From Hemiscyllium ocellatum (taxonomy: Eukaryota): a stretch of 64,000 nt of DNA. Under the pieces are notes generated by a model, which worked only from the letters and a program-made list of their open reading frames with translations, was not told where the DNA came from and made no database searches. The translations under genes were made by a program, and so were the position numbers. Of the stretch, positions 49,435 through 63,019 are shown in pieces. Where the stretch lies: positions 70,398,320 to 70,462,319 of the forward strand of contig NC_083412.1 of assembly GCF_020745735.1 (NCBI RefSeq), in the 5' to 3' direction. How positions within the stretch are numbered: the first letter of the stretch is position 1; each line of letters starts with the position of its first letter.

Positions 49435-49890
49435 CTTTTGTTTACCAAGATGTTGCTGGGTATGGCAGGTTTGAACTATAAAGAAAGGCTGGATAGGCTG
49501 AGACTTTTTTCACTGGAGCTATAGGGGGTTGAGCAGTGACCTGATGTTTATAAAGCGACGAGACATATAGATGATGGTAATTGTCTCTAAGATGGGGAAT
49601 TTCAAGACTAAGCGGCACATTTTTAAGGTGCCAAGAAAGAGATTTTTAAAAATACGTCACAGGCAATTTTTTTAACGCAGAGGGTGGTTTGTGTGTAGAA
49701 TGAACATCCTGAGGAAGTGGTGGATGTGAGTACAATTACAGCGTTTAAAAGACATTTGGATGGATACATGATAGGAAAGGTTTGGGGTATTATGGGCCGG
49801 GAGCAGGCAGGTGGGACTAGTTTAGTTTAGGATTGTGCTTGACACGGACTGGTTGGAGTGAAAGATTTGTTTCTGTGTTGTATGACTGAT
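49435..49890 (+). mobile_element. CR1 3' fragment
   Basis: Homologous to 38900-39300. Confidence 0.8.
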
Positions 49891-50099
49891 TTTGTTCAGT
49901 ATTGTGTATATAAACAAATTCTCTGGAAATGACAATTGTTTGGTGTTGATGCTGCGCTTAACTTAAGAACTTTGTTCAGGTTTTCCACAGAGTTAAAGTG
50001 ACTGACATCTAGCACTGATTTTGATCTTAAAAAAAACTGTAGTCCCTCTGTAGTACTGCTCACTGTGAGTCAAGATGTTTTTCGGATTAGTTTCTCCTG

Positions 50100-53000
50100 A
50101 TCTACGAATACATTAAGGCCAAAGGGGTAACTAAGGAGAGATAAAGATTGGCAAGGCTGTTTAATTATGATCTCATAGGAGATGGGGGAGATACTATTGA
50201 GTATTTTGCAACAGTGTTTACTGTGAAGAAGGATATGGAAGATGGAAAATGGGAAATATATAGTGACAACTTGAAAAATATCCATATTACGACGGAGGAG
50301 ATGCTGGATGTCATAAAATACATAAAGGTGGATAAGTCCCCAGGAGATGATCAGATATACCCTAGAACTCTGGGAAGTGATTGCTGGTCCCCTTGCTGAG
50401 ATATTTGAATCATCGATAGCCACCGGTGAGGCAAGGACTGGTTAGGGCTAGTCAACATGGCTTTGTGCGTGGGAAATCATGTCTCACAAACTTGGTTCAG
50501 TTTTTGAAGAAGTAACAAAGAGGATTGATGAAGGCAGAATGGTGGACATGATCTATATGGACTTCAGCAAGGTGTTGACAAGATTCCCCATGGGAGGCTG
50601 GTTAACAAGGTTAGATCTCATGGAATACAGGAAGAGCTAGCCATTTGGATACAAAACTGGCTCAAAGGTAGAAGACAAAGGATGGTGGTGGGTTGTTTTT
50701 CGGACTGGAGGCCTGTGACCAGTGGAATGCCACAAGGATCAGTGCTGAGTTCACTACTTTTCATTGTTTATATAAATGATTTGGATGTGAGCAGAAGAGA
50801 TATAGTTCGTAAGTTTGCAAATTAGACCAAAACTGGAAGTGTAGTGGACAGCGAAGAAGGTTACCTTAGATTACAATGGGATCTTGATCAGATGGGCCGA
50901 TGGGCTGAGAAGTGGCAGATGGAGTTTAATTCAGATAAATGCGAGGTGCTGCATTTTGGGAAAGCAAATCTTAGCAGGACTAATACACTTAATGGTAAGG
51001 TCCTAGGGAGTGTTGCTGAACAAAGAGATCTTGAAGTGCAGGTTCATAGCTCCTTGAAAGTGGAGTCGCAGGTGGATAGGATAATGAAGAAGGCGTTTGG
51101 TATGAGCTTTATTGGTCAGAGTATTGAGTAAAGGAGTTGGGAGGTCATGTTGTGGCTGCACAGGACATTGGTTCGGCCACTATTGGAATATTGCGTGCAA
51201 TTCTGGTCTCCTTCCTATCGGAAGGATGTTGTGAAACTTGAAAGGGTTCAGAAAAGATTTACAATTGTCAGTGTTGGAGGATTTGAGCTATAGGGACAAG
51301 TTGAATAGGCTTGGGCTGTTTTCCCTGGAGCATCGAGAGGTTTGTAAAATCATGACAGGCATGGATAGGATAAATAGACAAGGCCTTTTCCCTGGTGTGG
51401 GGGAGTCCAGAACTAAAGGGCATAGGTTTAGGGTGAGAGGAGAAAGATATAAAGGAGACCTAAGGGTGGTATGTGTGTGGAATGAGCTGCCAAAAGAAGC
51501 GGTGGAGGCTGGTACAATTGCAACATTTTAAAGGCATCTGGATGGGTATATGAATAGGAGGGGTTTGGGAGGATACGGGTCAGGTGCTGGCAGGTGGGAC
51601 TAGATTGGGTTGGGATATCTGGTTGGCATGGACGAGTTGGACCGGAGGATCTGTTTCTGTGCTGTACATCTCTATGACCCTGAGGTGAGGTGCCAGAAGA
51701 CTGGAGGTTGGCTAATGTTGTGCCACTATTTAAGAAAGGTGGTAAGGAAAAACTAGGGAACCATAGACTGATGAGCCTGACATCGGTGGTAGGCAAGTTG
51801 TTTGAGTGAATCCTGAGGCATAGGATTTACTTGTATTTGGAAAGGCAAGAACTAACTAGGGCTAGTCAGCATGGCTTTTTGTGTTGGAAATCATGTCTCA
51901 TGAACTTGATTGAGTTTATTTGAAAAAGTAACAGAGGATTGATGAGGGCAGAGTGGTGGATGTGATCTATGTGGAATAGTAAGGCATTCGACAAGGTTCT
52001 TCATGGTAGACTGGTTATCAAGGTTAGATCACACAGAATAGAAGGAGAACTCGCTATGTGGAAACAGTACTGGCTCAAAAGTCAAAGACAGAGGGTGATA
52101 ATGGAGGCTTGTGACCAGCAATGTGCCACAAGGATTGGTGCTGGGTCCAGTGCTTTTCATCATTTATATAAATGATTTGGATGTGAATGTAGGACATATG
52201 GTTCGTAAGTTTGCAGTTGACACCAAAATTGAGGTGTTGTGGACAGTGAAGAAGATTACCTCATTGTACAATGGAATTTTGGTCAGCTAGACTATTGGAC
52301 CAAGGAATGGCAGGTGGAATTTAATTTAGATAAATGTGAGGTGCTGTATTTTGGAAAGGCAAATTGTGGCAGAATTTATACACTTAATAGTAAGGTCCTG
52401 GGGAATGTTGCTGAACAAAGACACCTTGGAGTGCAGGTTCATAGCTCCTTGAAAGTGGAGTCGCAGGATAGTGAAAAATGCGTTTGGTATGCTTTCCTTT
52501 ATTGGTCATTGCATAGAGTGTAGGAGTTGGGAGGTCATTGGGTTGGCCACATTTGGAATACTGCCTGAAATTCTGGTCTCCCTCCTATAGGAAAGATGTT
52601 GTGAAATTTGTGAGAGTTCTTTTGTATTTGTAATTTGTAATACTTGCAAGGATGTTGCCAGGATTGGAGTATTTGAGCTTTAGGAGAGGCTGAATAGACT
52701 GGGGCTATTTTAGCTGGAGCTTCCTGAGGCTGAGGGGTGACCTCCTTGACCTTTGTAAAATCATGAGGGGCATGGACAGGGTGAATAGACAAGGTATTTT
52801 TCCCTGGGGTGGGATAGTCCAAAATTAGAGGGTATAGGTTTATGGTGATTTGAGATGTGGAAGGGATCTAAGGGGCAACTTTTTCATGCCGAGCATGGTG
52901 CATGTGTGGATTGAGCTGCCAGAGGAAATGGTGGAGGCTGGTACGATTACAACCATTTAAAAGGAAAGTGGACTGGTATTTGAATAAGAAGGGTTTAGAG

Positions 53001-53105
53001 AGATGTGGGCCAAATGCTGGCAAATGGGACTAGAATTTTTTCGGCTATCTGGTCGGCATGGCCAAATTGGACCACAGTGTCTATTTCCGTGCTGTATATC
53101 TATGA
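50100..53105 (+). mobile_element. CR1 LINE containing a nested same-orientation CR1 (50432-51683)
   Basis: Two RT/3' UTR units; the outer copy is continuous across GGTGAGG at 50425-50431 and 51684-51690. Confidence 0.9.
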
Positions 53106-55264
53106 TCAATATGAAACTGAATTTGGGTTGAAAAAGGCGTACGAGTAAAATGTGTTAATATTTTGCTTGCGGTAAAAACAAACTGGTTTTATAGGAGGAG
53201 TGATCAGAAATATAAAACACCGAACGTGCTATTATAGAAGTAAAATATTGCAGGTGCTGGAAGCCTGAAATGAAAATACATAACAGAAATTGTGCAGAGT
53301 AAGTGGGCACGAATTTGGTGGTAGCAAGGTGGCTTTCAGCAGCCTATGTCCCAACCTGACATAATTCCATGAGAGGCATCCCTGGACTGGATAGCATTTG
53401 AGAGGTTTCAGAGAACCATGCAGCTTCAGTTTAATCCCTCAGCCGCCAGTGCGTTTTTGGAGCATAGTCGATGACTGATCAAATTTGTTTTATTTTTGGG
53501 GTTTCTTGTTGATCGATTTAATATTTGGAATATATCATGGCCAGGTATCATACCAGATCAACTCCTTGGAAGGCACTGTACCACTATTGCTTAGCATCCT
53601 CTGCCACCAGTAAATTGTGATGGTAATTGATGTCATATTGCTTATTACTGAAACTAATTGACAATTCTGCAAGCAGATGAGATTCCTGCATTAAGCCCTT
53701 ACCGCCTCCAGTTAACTGGGAGCAGTTTCTTTATTTGCCAGCAACCTGATGTGGATACTCCTGCCTAGTTCTCTTGGATCTTCATTATTGTGTCCACTCT
53801 TGTGTCAATTTTTTGTGTCGACTATGTTTCTCTTCAAATATTGCTTTGCAATTTGAGTGGTATTCTGTTCACACATCTAAACGTTAAATAATTTGATTAA
53901 AAAATTTATCTGCATGTCCTATTATTACAAATCAAAATGTTGTGCTAGATTTAGTGCAATTTTGGAAAAACAAAGTATAAAAATGTTCTGTTATGTTTTT
54001 AATCAATCTTTATTGTTTGCTAAAATCCCATTGATTGTTTTGCAGTTTGTACTGAGTATAGTAACACAAAATTCATAAACGTTATTTTAAGTCCCCGCAG
54101 TAAATACAACAGTCCATGAAAATTAAACTTATGATATGAAACAGTTCTTTGTTTTGCTTTGCTTGTACAACTTGATAGTTTTTTTTTGGTAAGCATGACC
54201 TTTGTGTTTTCAGTAACATTCCTTTAAAGTTAATGAGTTGAATAACATAACACAGACTTCAAAATACGTTTGTGGTAGCAGTATTTACAATTTTTGTGTA
54301 AAGAATTATGAAAGGCAGTATTTGATACATCATTAAACTTTTCACACTTAAAGTATATTTTCCATATAAGTGCTTCAGTGTATATTTCAGGATAAATCCA
54401 TCTTTCACAGTTATTCATGGCCACAGATTGCGACTCTTATATTTGCCCCAACTATTTGGGCATTCTTATTTTGGGGGGAAAACCTTCAGTTAGTACTTGG
54501 TAGATATATAAGGTTACGCTAAAGTTTTAGTTTTTCCTCTCTTTTGAACCACATGCCATTTTCTGACAGGGTGAATCTGTCAAACTTAATGTGGGCTTGT
54601 GGGAAAAGCTGTTAAAATACCGTGAGAGAACTTGGGTAGCTTACTCTAAAAGGCTTTTACACACTTTACAATCTGAGAAATAATGCCTAATTTGGTGTTA
54701 GGAGAGTTTCTGGGAAAGGATGATTTTGGCACGAAGGATGATTTTTCTTCAAACACTAATTGTTTTGATATTGCAGTAAAACAACAAGCATCTATCGAAG
54801 TATAACTTAAAACATTACTGAAAATAGTTTGTAGAGGTTGCAGCATCTGTTGAGAGAGATAAATTAAATTAACAGATTTCTCCATTTAATTTGCTGATTA
54901 AAGGTGTTTTTCCAAATCATGGAATTTCTTGCTGTTTTCCTTACATATTCAACATTGTGATAGAGATTGCATTATAATTCTTAAATGATTGCTTTTATAT
55001 TTTTGTGTACAGAGACTTATAGCTTCTATTCATCATTCTCTACGTAAGATGTTAGTGTCAAATCACTTCACTTTAACATTCATATTGTACACCTGTCCCA
55101 CAGCTGGGTGTACAACTTTATGCTGAGAGCTTAAATTTCTAAGATTTGGCAATTCATTTATTTTTAAATTTTTAGCAGATGATTTACAATCTTTATTTTG
55201 TTTGATTTGGACTAGAGCTCAGATTTTGTTTTTGCATGCATAGTTAAGGAAAAAGAGCTGTTTT

Positions 55265-58200
55265 TGTAGTGATTGTAACCGTGATCCATGTGAACCTAAC
55301 AGAATGAGCCCCCTACTTGGGGCTGTTAGCCTGGTCCAGTCAGGGAGCCCTGGCTGACAGATCTAAACAGGAGTGAGAGGTTCTGCTCACTGAGAGCTTA
55401 CTCTGGGCAATCTGACCAGTGTCAGATGCTATGCACATGTAAATACAGGGTGACTTGGAGATGTGATACCAGCCTCCATGAAGTTATTTCAGTGGTGATG
55501 AGGGGAAAAGAAAATGCTCTTGAAGAAATTTGCTAATCACAGTCGTCTTAGGGTCAGTATTTCTAGCAGTATGGCATTATTTGGGAAGCTTGTCTTGTTC
55601 GATCCTGCTTTCAAAGTTTGGGCCCAATATATGGAAAGAAGTGTTAGGATGTTGGGGCAGATGAGAAGCAATGAGTAATTCTCTTGACAGTTTGTGCATG
55701 TGCAACTTTTCAGTTATTAGGAGTTGAACGTTTTCTGAAGAAACCAGAAAATAAAGCCCTTCCAGAGTTAACTGATTTAATTAAGGAATATTATGGCTTG
55801 GAAAGGGTGGACACTAGGAAATTTTTTCCGTTAGGCGAGGAGACTAGGACCCGTGGACACAGCCTTAAAATTAGAGGGGGTCAATTCAGAACAGAAATGC
55901 GGAGACATTTCTTCAGCCAGAGAATGGTGGGCCTGTGGAATTCATTGGGCAGAGTGCAGTGGAGGCCAGGACGCTAAATGTCTTTAAGGCAGAGATTGAT
56001 AGATTCTTGTTGTCTCGAGGAATTAAGGGCTACGGGGAGAATGCGGGTAAGTGGAGTTGAAATGCCCATCAGCCATGATTGAATGGCGGAGTGGACTCGA
56101 TGGGCCGAATGGCCTTACTTCCACTCCTATGTCTTATAGTCTTATGACCACAAGCCTTCTCTAATTCTGAGATGCTATCAGTTTTACTTGGCAGTTTGAG
56201 AAGCAGGGGAATGTGTTGGAATTTTTGGCTAGGTTAAGATGACTGGCAGAGGCATGGGACTTTGGTTTAACTTTTAATGAGATGTTGAGAGACCATTTGG
56301 TAAGTGAAATTAATGATGTAACCATGCAAAAGTGTCTACTAACTGAAGCCCAACTGGACTTCAAACAGGCAGTACAACTAGCCTTATCATTGATAACGCA
56401 ACAAGTGGAGGATATGACTTGCAGGGTATTCCCAAGCTGGGGGAACACCACTTGAGTATAGCCTCACTCAGGACATACCCTAAACAAAAGGACATGAGTC
56501 AGTCCATTGAAAAAACCCCAAATAAAAGCGAAGCCTCAACCATCCGGTTAAAATTTTCTTTAGGATCCAGGCTGGCAAGCCATTGTAGTTGCTGCTGATA
56601 TGCAAACCCACGACAGCAGAAGAGTTCTACTAGGTCTGAATTGAGTAAGAGGACTCACAGTTTGGTATCCAGGAGAGTGCATATCCTGGAAAGCCCACCT
56701 ACGTCTGGCTTGGAACAGTTAAACTGCTTAGCAACATAAAAATTAGAACTGATCAGTTTAAAAGTCTAGTTAAATGGTCATCCGGTTCTCATGGAGGTCA
56801 GTACAAGTGCGGCTGTATTAACAATTGCAGAATCAGTCTTAAACAAAATGTGCTCTGGACTGCAACCCTTGCATAAATCCTCAGCTAGACTGAGAATCCG
56901 TAGCATGGAACCTTTTTACATATTTAAGGGTGCAACTTTTGCTCCACTCTGGTTTGAGAAGCAGCTGGTTCAGTTACCACTGATTGTAATAAAAAGGCTC
57001 CGGCTCAAGCTTGGTCGTGTGAAATTGATTGGAAAAAATTGACCTTGATCGTCTCAACATTTTTTGGCTAGAAAAAGGCTGTCTGAGTGAAATTCTAACT
57101 AATTACTTGGAAGTCTTTCAGGAAGGTCTAGGGACTATCAAAGGGGCCAAGGCGATCTTGCACCTTGACCAGGAAGCAATCCCATGATTCTGCAAAGCCC
57201 GCCCAGTGCCATTTGCCTTGTGTGCAAAAGTAGAGGCAGAAATTAGGGTGAAAAACAAAGGAATCAGCAAACCAGTCCAGTTTGGGACATGGCCAGCACT
57301 GCTCATACCAACTGTGCAGCCTGATGGGTAGGTTTGCCTTTGTGTGGATTTTAAATAAGCAGTAAACTGCTTTTCGCAGCTGGACAATACCCAGTTCTTC
57401 ACATAGAGGACTTATATGCATAGTTGGCAGGAGTATTGCCCCTCATGAAGCTGGATATGAGCCATGTGTACCTACAATTGTGGTTAGATGAGTATTCCCA
57501 GAAGTATGCTACAGTTAATACCCATAAGGGTTCTTGCCCTAAATGGCGGTATATTAAAAATTGGTATCAGCCTGTGCCATTTTTCAGCAGACATTGCCGA
57601 ACATTTTACAAGGTCTACCTCAGTCACCACTTAATTGGATGACATGCTCATAACAGGGACCACCAATAAAGAGGACTTGGAGAACTTGGACATAGATGTT
57701 TCTCCAAGGTGGACATTTTCTCCTTCCAAGGCACAATGTGTTCCAGGCACCCCAAGTGACCTACTTGGGCTACAGTCGACAAGACTGGGCTACACCCTTT
57801 GGAAGATAAATTGAGGGCGATCAGAGGTGCCCTGGCTCCCACATATGTACTGGAGCTTAGGTCTTTGGGATTGGAGAATTATTATGGAAAACTCATATGC
57901 AACCTGGCCTCCCTTGGTTCCCCTATTGGAAAATGGACAGCCTTGGAAATGATCTCATCGCCAAGATGTAGCCTTTAGGGAAGTGAAGAAACAGCTATCA
58001 TCTAAGGTTTTGGTACACTGATCACAATTGAGGTCAAGTGTTGACGTGGGTTGCCTCCCTGCACAGTATTGGGGTAGTGTTTGCTCATAGATGGCTCAGT
58101 GGAGAGCAGCACCCAATAGCATAAGATTCCGGAGCACTGTACAAGTATGCCTAGATAGAGAAAGAAGGTTTGGCTGTCATCTTTGCTGTGTGAAAGTTCC

Positions 58201-60016
58201 ACCAATATCCTTTTTCTGACTTAGATTTGTAATTGTAATATACCATAAACCCTTGCTACGGCCATTTAGAGGATAAGTCCATGCAGTCCATAGCTTCAAG
58301 TCAAATTCAACATTTGGCTCTCATTCTAAGTGTGTACAATTTCAAGTTGGAGCATTGGCTGGGAGGCCAAGTAGCAAATGCAGATGCCTTGAGCAGCCTT
58401 CTGTTGGCAGATACGCCACTAGTGGTGCCACCATTGGAAGAGTCTGTGTGGTTTTAAACTTTCTGGACACCGTTCTGGTCACCACTGACAATATCAGACT
58501 GTGGACATAAAAAGGTCTGGCCTGACAAAACTAAAGCAACTGATAGTGGTTGGGGAAATAAAAGGACTATCACAGCCAGAATTGAAACATTTCTGGATCT
58601 GGCGAGAACAGATCACCATAGAGGAAGATATCTTATTTGGATGTGTGATTGTCCTGAGTAAAGGTTGCGAGACCCTGAACTCCACCAGACTCCTCTGAGG
58701 TGTCTAAAATGAAGATGTTGGCAAGAAGTTATGTTCTGGTGGCCAGGCTGGATTCAGATATAGCTGTGTTAGTGGGGCAGTGCCCAGAGTGCTAATAAGG
58801 TCACAAATTAACACCAGCAGCTCCCTCTTGCGTGGGAATGGCGGGTAAACCCTGGACTCGGTTACAAATTGACTATGCCAACCCTTTTTCATGGGTTCAA
58901 TGTTCTTAGTCATTGTGGGCACTCAGTGTTTGGACTTGCATAGTAGGGTTCATAACTCAAACACATGTATGATGATAGAAAAGCTGCCAGCATCTTATGC
59001 AATGCGTGGATTCCTTCCAGAAGTATTGGTCCCAAACAATGGGCCATCATTTACCAGCAGGGGGTTTGAGTATTTCCTAAAGTCAAATTGAATTTGACAT
59101 AAAAGGACAACTCCATATGATCCATCATCCAATGGTCTGACAGAAAAAAGTCTAAACTTTGAAGGCGGGCTTAATCAAACAGGAAGTGGGACAGTTTGTT
59201 ATCTAGTAAAGGCTGTTTCTTTATCAGGCAACTTGAGGGATGTATCCAGCAGTGTTGCTAATGGGAAGAAGACTCCGCAGCAGTTTAAATCTGATCTCTG
59301 CAAGGTCTGGGCAGTAGGGTGTGAAACAACAGCATCCAGAATGCTAATGCCAGACATAAGATCTTCGAAGCGAGAGAGACAGTTTACTTCAGGGGATGAA
59401 GTTGAAGTTTGGTGCCAAAACTACAGGAATGGCTCTGCATGGGTAAGAGGCATGGCCGACGGGAGGTCAGGTCTCATGGTATACAAAGTTCAGGTTGGTA
59501 AAACAGTCCTGAACCAGACCACATGAAAGCTGTAAACGTGCATATAGGATAGCAGCAAAAGATATCTGGCCCCTCAGAACAGCCAGATATCTTTTTCCCC
59601 CCTCTATCTAGCATCTGAGAAATATCTGAGTTTGAGATGGATTGCAGATATTGCAGCCTTGGTGCCATTAACACCTGAAGAAGAGGATTAATTTCTTAAA
59701 TGTTCAAGCTGCAAGAGGCGAGCTATGGTCTGGTAGAGCCTACCCATATTCAAGGCGGAGTCAGAGGAACTGGACCTGGTGCAAAAATGCCTCTAGAAAC
59801 GCTACAAGAAAAAAAATAGGCCAATGTTCTAGACTTGGAGGGGAAGGAATGTATTAATTGTAACAAGGTCAGCCATGTGTATTTCAGTATATGACTTCCC
59901 TGATTGGGGCTGCCAATCTGGTCTAATCGGGGAGCCCTGGCTGACAGAGATAAACAGGAGTGTCAGAATTCTACTCATTCTGAGAGCCTGCTCTGAGGAA
60001 GCCGGACCAGTGTCAA
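55265..60016 (+). mobile_element. Decayed Gypsy LTR retrotransposon
   Basis: 5' LTR 55265-55491 (TG..CA), PBS-like TGGTGATGAGG, gag, protease (LNGHPVLMEVSTSAAV), RT (KLDMSHVYLQL..NTHKG), integrase (GSMFLVIV..NGPSFTS), PPT at 59837-59849, partial 3' LTR from 59850. Confidence 0.9.
55796..56146 (+). mobile_element. Young CR1 3' end inserted in the Gypsy gag
   Basis: GLERVDTRKFFPLGEETRTRGHSLKIRG; tail CCTATGTCTTATAGTCTTATG. Confidence 0.9.
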
Positions 60017-60938
60017 GTGGTGACCAGCGTTCGGGCATCTATATACATGGATGCTGAGATCTCTCTGCTTATCCACACTACCAAGAATCTTACCATTAGC
60101 CTAGTACTCTTTTTATTCCTGCTGCTCCTTCCAAAATGAATTGCCTCACACTTTTTCTGCATTAAACTCCATTTGCTACCTCTCAGCCCAGCTCTGCAGG
60201 TTCCTTCAGCACAATCCACAATTCCACTGACCTTGGTGTCATCCACAAATTTACTAACCCATTCTTCTATGCTCTCATAAAGGTCATTTATAAAAATGGC
60301 AAACAGCAGTGGCCTCAAAACAGATCCTTGCCGTACACCACAAGTAATTGAAATCCAGGAGGAACCACCACCCTCTCTTCTTTCAGCGAGCCAATTTCTG
60401 ATCCAAACTGCTATATCTCCTTCAATTCAATACCTCAGTATTTTATGCACTAGCCTCCCACTGGGAACTGTATCAAGCACATTGCTGAAATCCATATGCA
60501 CCTCATCAACCGCTTTACCCTCATCCATCTATTTGGTCACTTTCTCTAAGAACTCGGTAAGGTTTGTGAGGTATGACCTACTCTTCACGAAACCGTGTTG
60601 ACTACCCCAGTCAACTTATTCATCTTTAGATGATTGTAAATCCTATCTCTTATAACCTTTTCCAACACTGATTGTGGGTAAAGCAAGGCTCACTGGTCTA
60701 TTGTTGTCTCTACTCCCCTTCTTTAACAAAGCGGTGCATTTGCTATCCTCTAGACTTCTGGCACTATTCCTGTAGACAATGGCAACATAAATATCAAAGC
60801 CAAAGGCTCTGCAATCTCTTCCCTGACTTCTCAGCGAATCCAAGGATGAATCCCATCCAGCCTAGGGACTTAATTATTTTCACATTTTCCAGAATTGCTA
60901 ACACCTCCTCCTTGTGAACCTCAATCCCGTTTAGTCTA
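60017..60938 (-). mobile_element. CR1 RT fragment truncating the Gypsy 3' LTR
   Basis: PLLFAIFINDL..VSKFVDDTKV in ORF 60013-60318. Confidence 0.88.
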
Positions 60939-62959
60939 TTTGTGTAGGTTGTTTTATTTTCAGGTTAGTTTACTGAAATATCTGAACAACAACTCATTTT
61001 TATAGAGCATATTGAGCATGGACAATTTTCCCAAGGTGGTTTTGAAGATGTGACACAAGAATGGATATTGACCCAAAGAAAGTCATGCTCAGGCTAACGT
61101 TTAATTAAATGGGTAGTTTTTAAGGAATATCTAAAAGAAGTTTTTTCTCAAAAAAAAAGCATCCTGTTTCCTTCTGAAAATGTCAATTGTCTTTGCTCCC
61201 AGTACTCGCACATGCAGTAAGTTTCAAGTAAGAAATGCATTTTCCTGAATTCCCTTTCAGTTGGAAAGTAATACATTGTGATCCCAGTCAGAAAAGATCT
61301 TGTAGATTCTGACTAGTTTTTAATTGAGGCATTTTAATAAAAGTTTATAAATTTGGTGCTGTTTGCACAGATTTCTTGGGAAGGCGTAATGGGAAAAGGT
61401 ATCTAATATGGCCTTGAATACTTTGTATAGAAAAACAAATATTTTTCTCACCAAAGTATTGCCATTTGTGAGAACTCTCTCTGGAACCCTTTCGGTTGTT
61501 CCATGGGGATTCTTGAGTGCCTTTGACATGGCATCAAATACTAACTAACTTCTGGGAATTAAGTATTATTCAGTAACATTCAGGATGAATAACATATCAC
61601 GAAGGAGAATTTCATTAAGAGAAAAGTAAGAACAATTATCCGAAAGACCAAGGGGATTTGTTTACCCACAATTGACATCAGTTGAAACCTTCACATATTC
61701 AGCTAGTAACAGCTCATGAAATATTGAGTTAATGACTTAAGCATGTTTGTGACATTGCTACTTCTATAATTGTTCTTTGTGCACAGATTTAAGTGGTAAT
61801 GTTTATTCAAAAGCTCCTTGATACGTTGCAGGAAATAAATCCAAATGCTGTCTTGTTTGCAGTTTGATAGTTGAAGCATTTGGTTCATTAATGAATTGTT
61901 TTATTTTGTTGAAGACTGTGTATTGCTTTGGGATTCCTCTCTGTTACTATCACATAATTGACTATTACATCAAACGTAAAGGGTGTTGCAAGTTTCACTT
62001 TGAGTGTATCTTTGCTAACTTCCTATCCAATTGCTATTGAATCATTTTCTATCTGTGCCACCTCCCACAGTCTATTTAATCAGACACATTAAATCTAATG
62101 TGGCATTATGTAATAAGACCAGAGTCATAGGATCTTGTGCAGTGGTAGTGTCCCTACCCCTGAACCAGGAGGCCCAAGTTCCACCTGTTCCAGAGTTGTG
62201 TAGTAATATCTCTGAACAGGTTAATTTAAAAAAATGTCTCACAAAGCTAGAATCATAGAATGGTTACAACACAGAAGGAAGGCCATTCGACCTTTTGTAT
62301 CACAAAAAAGAGCTACTCAACTAGTCACACTCCCTTAGCTTTTCCTTGTAACCCTGCATACATTTTCTTTTCAAATAATTATCTGATTTCCTTTGAATTG
62401 AATCTGTTTCTGTGAAGCTGTATGCTGCATTGTATTGCATGTTGTGATTCTCTTTTCCTATATGCTTAGTAATTTTTTAAAATAAATTCAAGCCGATTTA
62501 TCTAGTTCATGATTATCACATTATTTACAAACATTATGAGGTACGTATCACATTCTCATTTTCTGTTTAAAACCTTCAGTTATGTTTTTGCCAGTATTGA
62601 ACTCTTGGATGGCTAACGTACTCTCTCTTCAGAGATATTTAATGTATGTTAAACTTTATGAAGTACCTTCTGGAAAAATCACTTATTACCTCTATTCAAT
62701 AATATATTTAAGCAGATTATTTATTGAACACATTCTTTGTGTTAAATAATGCTTTGTTTATCCATAGGTTAATTTCATACTGCACGTTCTTTTGAGACAT
62801 TTTAAGGCTTTCACTGTAACAAAATAACAGGCCATTTATATTTTCTGTGATACTTCAGTTTACAAATACTGACAAAAATGCTTGTAACCTTTTACTTTGA
62901 CATTCAAACACTTTTGTGTAAATTGTATTCTTGTACATAGTGATCGTACTGCTGCCCAA

Positions 62960-63019
62960 ATGGAGAGACGTAGGGCATCAACTCAACCTGCTCACCAGGA
63001 TGGACCAGGGACATTAAAG
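62960..63019 (+). CDS. Probable first coding exon (exon 62941-63019) of a large + strand gene, SENP7 by synteny; MERRRASTQPAHQDGPGTLK
   Basis: GC-richer 79-nt island in an AT-rich intron, ACATAG acceptor, strong Kozak AAAATGG, AAG|GTATAA donor. Identity is inferred only from the SENP7-FAM172B-TRMT10C-PCNP gene order. Confidence 0.5.
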
